Position numbers and translations under genes: made by a program | Shown: positions 49,894 through 60,446 of the stretch, in pieces | Layout: each line of letters opens with the position of its first letter | How positions within the stretch are numbered: the first letter of the stretch is position 1 | Assembly (NCBI RefSeq): GCF_006345805.1 | Contig: NC_042998.1 | Span: forward strand, 153,326,001-153,390,000 | Source: Octopus sinensis | Taxonomy: Eukaryota | Reading direction: 5' to 3' | DNA: 64,000 nt | The notes under the pieces: model-generated | What the model saw: only the letters and a program-made list of their open reading frames with translations | Database searches by the model: none | What the model was told of the DNA's origin: nothing

Positions 49894-52800
49894 GAGGAAT
49901 TACAACCGTGTTTCATGGTCTGCTACCACAGCAGCTCCTTTATAGGATCCAGTTAGCTCAAGACATCATCAGGAGGAACCACATCCGGTTTTGGTCCCTA
50001 CTCCTCTACCGTTTTGATGTGGCGGGGCCCCCCTTTTCTGAAGTGTCTTCAGCTCTGGTGTTGGGTGCATGTCTTCTTTCTTCTTCTTTCTTCTGTTCCC
50101 TGGCCTCTTCGATGTATCATCAGCGAGTGTCAGCCGGAGACTGACTGTCTTGTCAAATTTCTCCCTTTAAATACCTGCCACATAGGCTCCAGCAGGCAGC
50201 CCCAGCAAGTTGTCACGTGACACTGTCTCACCTTAACTGACTAGTGAAGGCGCGTAGTTTTAGCCCGCACTTTTTCTAAACAACCGTCACCTGTCAGTCA
50301 GCAAAGCTGATTCAGTCAGCTTGTCTCACCTAATGATGTTATTTCCTGTCAGCGTGTTTATGACTTTCAAGCCATTTTCGGTCTTCCCACTTCAGCTATA
50401 TATTGAAGATGGCTTTTTCGACTGCCTCCTGTACTCTCCTTATTAGTTTATGCAGCTCGGGGCTAGAAAAAACAAATCTTCTTTTGAAAAGTGTTGTCAT
50501 TTTCTTTTCAATGAAGCCTCTAGCCCCCACTGCCAGGTGATAATATTTGACATTCCATCCCTGTTCTCTGCATTCTTCGATTAGCTTTTCATACCTCTTC
50601 TCCTTTCGTTCCTCTGCATTGCCGATGTTCTCTTCCCAAGGTACTGTCAGTTCTAGTAAAATTCCCATTCTCCGGTCTCTGTTCCATAGAACTAAATCCG
50701 GTCTTTTTGTTGTTTTTATTAGTGGGAAAATTACTTGTCTTTCCAAGTCCGTGGCCACCTCCCAGTATCCCTTCCATCTTTCGTCTATCTCGTATACTTC
50801 ACTTGTAGGCCTGGCTTTATAACTTTTTCTCTCCTTGTGGAAGTATACTCTCCTGCACTTTTCTACTTTTGGGTATTCTCCCCTATTGTACCTCTCGATC
50901 TTATCCTTGAGTGCTGCACTTATGACACCGAGGACTTGATTATGCCGCCATGTATATCTTTCAAGTGCTAGTCTGCAACCTGACAGAACATGTCTAACTG
51001 TCGCTTTCTCTCCGCATCTGCACTCATCGGTTTTGTTTATGTTCCACCGGGCTAAGTTCGCCGGTGAGGGTAGAACATCGAAGGTAGACTTGATCAGGAA
51101 GGATGTTCTTGCTTGTTCCCAAGCCCAAAGTTCCTTCCATGATATTCTGCGGTTGATTACATATTCCTCCCATCTCAGGCACTGTCCCTGTTGACTGCAT
51201 TGCACCAAATGTACATTTCGCCTTTCTTCTTCCTCCTTTCTCACTTCGTATACCACTGCCTCTTTCATTTCTTTTACACTGTTCTTGCAAAATGGCCTGA
51301 AATTTTGCGACCCTAGGCTGGATCTAGCTTCTTGCGTCACTCCGACTATATCTGCGTGCTTTAGTTTTCCGATCGCCCTGTTTACTGCCTCTTCCGCCTT
51401 CCATTTCCTCCCTGTTTGTACCTTTGAAGGGTTTTCCCGGATGCTCTGAACTTTTGAATACCTTAGGATCATTACTGTCCTTGCCTTTCCTGCCTTATAT
51501 TCTTCGGCGATTGATGTTATTGGTAGTTGCAGCACGGGTTTTCCATATAGTGCAGTTGTATTCATTGGTTTCGGCAGACCAAGCCATTTTCTGATAAACA
51601 CACTGCATCTTTGCTCCATCCTTTCTACTCTACTCGAGGCTATTTCGTACATTTGCAATGGCCACATTATTCTTGGGTACAGCCCAAATTGCAGTATCCA
51701 ACATTTGAATTTTCCCGGCAGCGTTGTTCTGTCAATTGCCTTTAATCCTTGTTCTACTAACTCATGTGTTTCTTTCCTTTGCTTCTTATCATTTAATAAA
51801 TCTCTATACCATCTGCCGAGACTCTTTACTGGTTGTTCTTTCACCGTTGGTATGTCTTCACTTCCTATCCTGAATTTCACTTCTTCTTGCCTTCCTTTCA
51901 CGAAAGCCACGCTTCGAGATTTTTTGGCTTTGAATTTCATCCTTGCCCATCCTATCAGTTCGTCCAACCGCTCTAATGTTCCCTCTGCTGCTTCTCTACT
52001 TTCCGATAATATAGTTACGTCATCCATAAAAGCCCTTAATGGTGTCTTTGTAACAGGTTTCTCGCAGTTTGTAGATCTGAGTAGCATTTCCATGACTAAC
52101 ACGAATAAGATGACTGATATTGTACATCCAGCTGCAATACCTATTTCAAGCCGTTGCCACTCCGTTGTGAACTTTCCTGCTGTAAATCTCATCCTCAGGT
52201 TGTCATAGTACGACATGAGCATTCGTTGAACATCTTTTGGAATCCAAAAGAAGTCCATCGCTGTTTTTATTATTGCGTGCGGAACAGATCCATAAGCATT
52301 GGCAAGATCTAGCCAAACAATATATAGGTTTTCCTTCATTTGTTTTGCACAGGTGATGGCTTCCCAGATGGAAAATGCGTGTTCTATGCACCCAGGGATT
52401 CCGGGGATTCCCGCTTTTTGAATCGCTTCATTAACGTATCTGTTATGCTGTACGAATCTTATGATTCGTCTAGCAATTATTCCGAACATGATTTTCCCGT
52501 CTGTATTTAGTAGTGAAATCAGTCTAAATTGGCCTAGTGTTTTTACCTCTTTTTCTTTAGGTAGATGGATACCTTCGGCTATACACCATCGCTCTGCTAC
52601 ATCTTTCTTCTTCCACATTTCTCTTATCAGTGCAAACTGCTGCAATCATAATTTCGGGCAATATTTGTATACCTTGTAGCTCACTCCATCGTGTCCTGGT
52701 GCACTTTTTGCTCTTACTTTCCTTATGAATGCATCCATTTCTTTCCGTTTGATGTCGCTCAAATCAAATGGTACTCTTGGTTCAGGTGGTTTCTTCAGTC

Positions 52801-54383
52801 CGTGCATTTCTGGGAGTACTTCATTTCTGTCAGTATGTCTCTTTCAGATGTTGTTTGAGCTCTTCTTTCGTGCAATCCAATTTTCCGCTTTTACTTTCAG
52901 TAAATAGATGTTTCGCATATTGATAGGGATTGTTTACAAAGCTACGATAGTTTTTTTCTCTCTCCTTTCTTCTGCTCCTCCTTCTTTGTTTTCTTAGCAG
53001 ATCTCGATGCCTCTTTTTTTCTCTTCATATAGCTGCTTTAGCCCTTCTCTTTCCTCCTCCTTTGCATCCCTCCATCAGGTTCTGAGTTTTTTCTTCTCTT
53101 CTCAAATCTTTGCGATCCATCTTTCTCTCCTCGATGGTCAGCTCTTTGCTGTTGATTCTACCTTCTTTGTTGTTTCCAGTCCAAATCTTTTCTCTCCTTC
53201 CTGGTAGATTGTATTAGCCAGGTTTTCGAGCTTTTGTTCGTCGTCGCCTTTGAATTTGGTGGTCATTCTTGCTACCTCGTTGTCAAATTTTTTATAACTC
53301 GCCGTGTCATTTGCTTTCAGCCACTTAACCTTTGTCCTCTTCATGCCTATCAGTCTTTTTGACTGTTCCAATTCAACTGTGGAATGAACCTCGCTATGGT
53401 TATTTTCTGGGGGGTTCTGGCCACACGTCTTATAGTTTATCAACCCGCGTTGTTGAATCACTTTCTTCTGGCACACCTTCCCTTGGTGGATTCTCAGCCC
53501 GATGTAACTAGCGAACACCTTTCTGCAGCAGCTGAACTCCTCATCTACCATTCCTATACCGTTTCCTTTCTCATTGTCCATTTCCGGTCCAAGTCCATTT
53601 CGTTTTTTTCCGTCCCTATTTGATGATCCTTTATTCTTCCCCCGTGGTTCGGGATCATGGGGGCATAATTTCTCATGTTTTTTCGATGCAATTTCAGCCC
53701 GGATCGGGCTGCAAGCCCATTTGATCCTTCGTTACGCTGTCGTACTGTCAAGCGTCTCTCTGCTTTGTCATCCCTCTTTCTGGATTGTCAGCAAGTCTTT
53801 CCCTGCAGTCAGTATCTGAGGAATTACAACCGTGTTTCGTGGTCTGCTACCACAACAGCTCCTTTATAGGATCCAGTTAGCTCAAGACATCATCAGGAGG
53901 AACCACGTCCAGTTTCGGCCTCTACTCTACTGTTTTGATGTGGCAGCCCCCCCCCCCCCCTTCGGAGGTGTCTTCAGCTCTGGTGTTGGGTGCATGTCTT
54001 CTTTCTTCTTCTTTCTTCTGTTCCCTGGCCTCTTCGATGTATCATCAGCGAGTGTCAGCCAGTGACTGACTGACTTGTCAAATTTTTCCCTTTAAATACC
54101 TGCCACATAGGCTCCAGCAGGCAGCCCCAGCAAGTTTTCACATGACACTGTCTCACCTTAACTGACTAGTGAAGGCGCGTAGTTTTAGCCCGCGCTTTTT
54201 CTAAAAGACCGTCAGTCAGCTTGTTTCACCTAATGATGTTATTTCCCGTTGGCATGTTTATGACTTTCAAGCCATTTTCGGTCTTCCCACTTCAGCCATA
54301 TATTGAAGATGGCTTTTTCGACTGCCTCCTGTATTCTCCTTATTAGTTTACGCAGCTCGGGGCTAGAAAAAACAAATCTTCTT
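49894..54383 (-). mobile_element. HERO-like REL non-LTR retrotransposon with terminal direct repeats
   Basis: N-terminal Zn finger (CCRKVFASYIGLRIHQGKVC) and KVKW motif, RT (WLDLANAYGSVPH, AGCTIS, FMDD), CCHC knuckle (CRCG..H..SGC..RHN), REL (RPDLVLW..ELTVPWE). Direct repeats at 49894-50483 and 53818-54383. Confidence 0.88.
50396..52645 (-). pseudogene. RT-REL open segment (749 aa) of the HERO-like ORF; upstream part (to about 53750) disrupted
   Basis: ORF track. The stop at 50396 is TAG where the other repeat has TGG, so it is probably premature. Confidence 0.85.
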
Positions 54384-54423
54384 ATATATGTTTTGTGTAT
54401 GCAGGCTTAGAAAAAACAAATCT

Positions 54424-54636
54424 TCTTATATATGTTTTGTGTATGCAGGCTTAGGGTGGGGTTCAAGAGTTCAAGTTTTAGGAATTCTATTGAAAACAAG
54501 CATGCAGATACACAGCTGTCTATATCCTGAATAGAAACTACTTATTCAATTCAAAAGACTTCATTTCGATAGAATTCCTGAAACATAAACTCTTGAACCC
54601 CACCCCAAACCTGCATAGACAAAACATATATAAGAC
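54424..54636. mobile_element. Small hairpin MITE (about 75-bp imperfect arms); a 44-bp tandem duplication (54364-54407 / 54408-54451) overlaps its left end
   Basis: TCTTATATATGTTTTG...GAATTCTAT is inverted as ATAGAATTCC...CAAAACATATATAAGA. Confidence 0.7.
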
Positions 54637-55587
54637 ATGACTCAAAAGTAAAATTTCTCTATACTCTAAAATATGGGTAGAAACTGTCAGCCTGCAATTT
54701 TTTTCTCTTTGACTTCCAAAAAATTATTTTTAATATTTTGTAGTGGGAAAGGTGTAGCAAAAGATATTGAGATAGCAGATGAAATAGGGACGTGGACGAC
54801 ATCAAAGTAAAACAATGGGAAAACATTGGATTGTAGTTTAAATAATTTATTTAAACAATATTTGCATTTACTTGTTTTATACACCAAAAATCTCAGTACA
54901 TGACATTACCAACTTTACTTTGAGCTGGCCAAGAAGAAATTAACAGGGTAAATACTGTGCTGATATGATGAAGTAGAACTGGACATGTTTTGTGTCTGCG
55001 TGCGTGTTGGTCATTTAGTGGTATGTATGTTCTGTGACTGCTACAGTGTTGGTTCTTTCATGTTGAATATCTGGATCTGTGTTGCCTACTTAACTGGCAA
55101 AGTTACTTGCTAGCTGTCTCATGACTATCTCTCTCTCTGTCTCTGTTGTCCCTTGATAAATTGCTGTATTTATAATGGTCATGACAGCTAGAAGGACAGA
55201 CATACCACAGGAGAAATTCCTACATATGTAGGTCGCCTCCTGTCCACTTGAACCTTAAATGACAAGGCTGAGGTCGGAGGTAGAAGGGAAACCATCCATC
55301 ATTTTTTAACAGGACAAAGAAATTTCTTTCATGCCTGTTTGGTCAGTGGTGGATCAGACGAGTGAGAATCCTTAGATTCAGTTTCAAATCTCAACTCGGA
55401 TAAAGGAAGTGTTAGCTTTTACAATTTGATACATTGAAACTGGTTATATTTTAAATCACAAGCATTGCCTTTTGCAACTTTACCTTTTTAACCATATTTT
55501 TTTTTATTTGTATGGACTCTTAACACCTCTGCAACAACTGTGTGTATGTATATGTATATCTATATATATATATATATATATATATAC

Positions 55588-56700
55588 AGCGGTGGGCATG
55601 ATTCTACTAATATGCTAACAGCTAATTAGTGAAGCCAACTTTTTGTTTTTGCAGATTAGCATTTTCACTAACTTTGGAAACTTCTGCTAAATTTAGTTCT
55701 GCTTATAAAATTCATACGTTTGTTCCTGTCTGTTGTGGGAGTGTCTTGAAGACAATTGGTTGATGCAGCAGCAGCAGCTAGCTGAGCAGCATTGTGTAAT
55801 TCTCCAGTTTTGAGTTGTATTCACTTGCAATGTCACATTACAGATAAATCCACAGTGTCAATGACAGCAGTGTAAGTTATCAGCTTATCAAATTATTGCT
55901 TATTGTTATGGAAGGTGAAGATGTTTTTATTCAGCCTGAGGATGAAGGGCCTGTTAAGAAGTCTGTAATGGCTGTGGGTGAGGCAGAGGTCACTCAGGTT
56001 GAGAGCCAGGAGTCGCAAAACCTGTGGCCCCACATGGAGGACTACTTTGTTCTTACATCCAAGTATAAGAGGAATGCCAAAATCCTGTACTTCCAGTGCA
56101 TCATGTGCCATCCCAAGGAGATCACCATCAAGGGACAAGTGGCGAGCCTCTACAACTTGAAGTCGCATTGTCAAGAGGAGACACCCAGCGCATGCCATCC
56201 AGTTTGAGGAGAGGATCAAGGCCAGCTCTTCTTGTGGGAAACACAGACAATCTTCTGATAGCAGTGCCATTAGCCAGTTGTCACAGTCATGTGCAAAGAA
56301 AGCACACCAGCCCAGCATTGGTAAAGTATTTGCCCAAACTACTGGCACTGGTGTCTGTTGGCCTATGTTGGACAGAAGGATTGTAGACCTCCTGTATGTA
56401 GTGGAGTCCTCTGCCTTGGTTGGCCTGAACACACTATGCCTGCATGAAGCCACTACAAATACATTGTGGAATAAAAAATTTATCTACTGTCATGGAAAAA
56501 TTGTAACTGTAAAAATACAGAATTATTGGAGTAATGGACATTCAAAAAAATATGTATGTATAGAAATGTATAAATAAAGTCTTTAAGGTTTAAAATTCAG
56601 ATTAAGGAATTGCAATAATAATGTTTAGCAGTTCAAAACTGTGAGTAGTGAAATGCAGAATTAGATCGCCTGATCATGAGAATCCAATATTGGTCACTCC
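55588..56700 (+). mobile_element. Probable hAT-type non-autonomous relic with a BED-finger-like remnant
   Basis: ORF 55896-56207 FQCIMCHPKEITIKGQVASLYNLKSH resembles a BED finger. Starts CAGCGGTGGGC. Right TIR not clearly found. Confidence 0.4.
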
Positions 56701-57600
56701 ACTAAAATCTGCAGATGGTATGGGTTATTTCCCTTGGGTTGTTTAAATAAAATATTAGTAATATGTAGTAGACAGAAGGATCCATTTGAAGGGTCCTATT
56801 ATCGATTTTGTTTTCAACAATATAAGCATGTCATGAGGTTTACAAACATGAGTTCTACTCACATGTCAAATAAAGTATAAAAGTGATACTGTCTGCAAAA
56901 ATTAGAATTAGGGACACAAAAAATCAATATTCAAAGTAATCGAACATAAACAATGAAATGGGATATTTCACTTGAGTGTTTAAAAAATTGGTACAGGTGC
57001 TATGAGTTATTTCCCTTGGTTGCTTAAAAGAAAAAATTAGTTATATGAGGTAGATATAAAGGTCCCCTCCAGAGGCCATATTATCGATTTTGTCAACAAT
57101 CTAAGTATGTCACGGGGTTTCCAGACATGAGTTCTACTCACGTGTCAAGTTTCATCAAAATCAATAAAATGATGTAGGAGTTAGCTAACAACACCACGAA
57201 CAAACATACACTGATTTTCCACAAATGTAGTATATATATATATATATATATATATATTACACACACATACACACACATACATACATATGCATATCACATA
57301 CACATATATGTATGAGTGTATGTCATTATGTTTGTGTTTGCCCACCACCACCACCACCGCTTGACAACCAGCGTTAGTGTGTTTATGTCCCCATAACTTA
57401 GTGGTTCAGCAAAAGAGACTGATAGAATAAGTACTAAGCTTTAAAAAAAATGCTTTGGGGTAAGTTTGAAAAAAAAAAATCCTATCAAGGTGGTGCCTCA
57501 GCATGGCTGCAGTCAAATGACTGAAACTAGCAAAAGATAAAAGATATATATTCAGAGGTTTTTGTAGAATTTATTTGAGTTACAATAATTATAGAAAGAT

Positions 57601-58351
57601 TTGGATCTTTTCCTTTTGAACGGCACACAATTTCTAGTTAACTAAACACTTTAAAACTTCGTATACTGGTAGAATGTGTCAAAATAAAACATTTTTTTTT
57701 CTCTTGGCTTTCTTGATAAAATTGTAATTCGTTTGTTTAACATAGTTTAAATTTTCGAATTTTAACCAATGAATCGTCTCTAATTGAGACAACATCCTGT
57801 TACTAACCCTAAACCTTCCCCTAACCCTAACCCTAAATTTTTTTTATCTTAATTGTTACGCGTGTAAAAAAAACGAAAGCAATGGAAAATAATTTAAACA
57901 ATTAACAAACAAAATAATTCTATAATTTTATACACACGCTTTCCGTAACACACGCTTTCCGTATATGTACAGAAAGCGTGTGTATAAAATTATAGAATTA
58001 TTTTGTTTGTTAATTGTTTAAATTATTTTCCATTGCTTTTGTTTTTTTTACACGCGTAACAATTAAGAAAAAAAAATTTAGGGTTAGGGGGAGGTTTAGG
58101 GTTAGTGACAGGATGTTGTTTCAGTTTTAGACGCAGCAAATGATTTTAGCTCAATTGAGGTAATCGATTGGTTAAAATTGCCAAAATGCTCGAAATTTCA
58201 GACGAAATATCTGACAAACTATAGAATTTTCTCAATAAAACCAAGAGAAAATGATGTTTTATAAACACATTCTACCAGTATACAAAGTTTAAAACATTTT
58301 AGTTACCTAGAAATTATGTTACAAAGTGCCGTTCAAAAGGAAAAGATCCAA
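57601..58351. mobile_element. Foldback MITE with about 370-bp TIRs and a 4-bp AGAT TSD
   Basis: TTGGATCTTTTCCTTTTGAACGGCAC...GTGCCGTTCAAAAGGAAAAGATCCAA. AGAT at 57597-57600 and 58352-58355. Short CCCTAA tracts in each arm. Confidence 0.85.
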
Positions 58352-59082
58352 AGATTTTTTTAAAAAGTTTCTATTTCTTTTATTTTACACAATGTCACTC
58401 ACCTTTGTGGAAGGAGTTTGTGTAAGCGCTTTCATTTTTCATTGTTTAAAACACACGTGTTCCTGGCTAATGCATACAGAGGAAATTGTTTTTTTGTAAT
58501 GGTGTTAACTATTTCTGGTTTAGCTTCTGATTTAGAATTTTTATAAAGTATTCAAGTATTCATCCTTTGTCTTTTGTTGTTGATCATTTTCAACTTTTAT
58601 TTTGTATAAGGGGAACATTTAAAATTTTCTTTGTGCACAAATGTTTTGATGCCATGTATTCTACATGGAATATTTCTAAGAGATAAATCTTTAATTTGTT
58701 GTTTATGCTTGTTTACATGCCTGGTTAGTTTTGTCTGTTTCTTTGATGTAATTCACATTGTGTCATGGGCATGTTATGCAGTAGATGGGAAGGAACTGAA
58801 AGTGAATGCAAACATGAATTGTAAAACAAAAAAATCTCTTGCAAGTTATTTGATGACCTCATTGCTGTTGGTGCCATGTAATAAGCACCCAGTACACTTT
58901 GTAAAGTGGTTGACATTAAGAAGGGCATCCAGTCTTAGAAGCCATGCCAAAGCAAACAGAGTTTGGCACAGCCTTCTGACCTGCCAGCTCTTGTTAAACG
59001 ATTTCACTTATGCCAATATGAAAGGATGTTAAATAATGATGATTATGATGATGATGATGATATATATGTATATATGTATATA

Positions 59083-59247
59083 GGCGCAGGAGTGGCTGTA
59101 TGGTAGGTAGCTTGTTTACCAGCCACATGGTTCCGGGTTCAGTCCCACTGCGTGGCACCTTGGGCAAGTGTCTTCTACTATAGCCTTGGGCCGACCAAAG
59201 CCTTGTGAGTGGATTTGGTAGACGGAAACTGAAAGAAGCCCGTCGTA

Positions 59248-59321
<74 letters not shown>

Positions 59322-59546
59322 TGTGTGTGTGTGTGTGTGTGTGTCTGTGTTTGTCCCCCTAGCATTGCTTGACAACCGATGCTGGTGTGTTTATGTCCCC
59401 GTTACTTAGCGGTTCGGCAAAAGAGACCGATAGAATAAGTACTGGGCTTACGAAAGAATAAGTCCCGGGGTCGACTTGCTCGATTAAAGGCGGTGCTCCA
59501 GCATGGCCGCAGTCAAATGACTGAAACAAGTAAAAGAGTAAAGAGT
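59083..59546 (+). mobile_element. Full-length tRNA-type SINE with internal (TA)n(TG)n
   Basis: GGCGCAGGAGTGGCTGTATGGTAGG head and AGTAAAAGAGTAAAGAGT tail. Partial copies at about 13770, 16320, 24900 and 57330. Confidence 0.88.
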
Positions 59547-59609
59547 AATACATAGATATAGATATACATGTATGTGTGTGTATATGTATATATTTATATA
59601 TTTGATTAA

Positions 59610-60360
59610 TGAGAGAGGTGGAAGATATGAGAAAATTTATTGATCACTACAATTGTTTCAACCCATCTAGCATCAATCCCTCATGAGTGGGATACTGAAC
59701 AACTGGTTTAGGAGTATCCATCGGTGTAGATGTGTCTTCTCAGATGATTACAAGCTGTATCTCATTAAAATAATGTTTATTTCACAAGATTTCTTCTTGG
59801 TGTATGTATACAAAAGCAGTAAATTAAGGGATACAACTTCCTTATTATAGAAGATCAGTAATAAGCATCAGATGCAAAAAGAAACAAATGCACAATACAG
59901 CAAAAAAAGTAATAGATATAACCGTTAGTAGATATGGATGTATAAATGCCCTCACTTAGGTTGTATGGTGTATATACACTCACTCATACAAACTTACAGA
60001 TATAAGCATATGCACTCACATGGTTTGGCACACATACACTCACATAGTAAATTAAATATATACTTTGTGTTTATAGGAATGGGGAGGTTGCAGTTAATTC
60101 ATCCATACAGTAAGGTAAATTATGGTTATTCATTTGGTTAACAATTACTCAAATTCATTCCCACTGTATTGTGTGAAAGTGCATTTATAAGCATGCAAAC
60201 ATCTTGACAGTCTTTCAGAAATCCTATCAATGATCTTCTCATTGAAGAGATACATCTACATCGATGGATATTCTTAAACCAGTTGTTCAGTATCCCACCT
60301 GTGGGGGATGGATGTTAGATGGGTCAAAACAATAAACATTTTTGTATCTTCCATCTGCCA
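59610..60360. mobile_element. Inverted pair of Penelope-like terminal segments with decayed hammerheads
   Basis: About 59610-59750 is inverted relative to about 60240-60360. Minus strand GAAAC-AAUU-GUA-GUGAUC at about 59659-59642. Confidence 0.5.
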
Positions 60361-60446
60361 ACAAACACTGTGAAAGTGAATGTGCTTTGCCAGTAAATTA
60401 CCAGTTGTAAACCATATGATTTATTATCTAATAATAATGATAATAA

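Noticed and set aside
54020-54055. CUGAUGA-UACAUC-GAAG as a hammerhead in the HERO 5'UTR
   Set aside because: Stem II cannot close directly on the core, and GAAA is absent.
58396-58580. Strong minus-strand donor AAG/GTGAGT as a host exon end
   Set aside because: Upstream frames contain stops and no acceptor was found.
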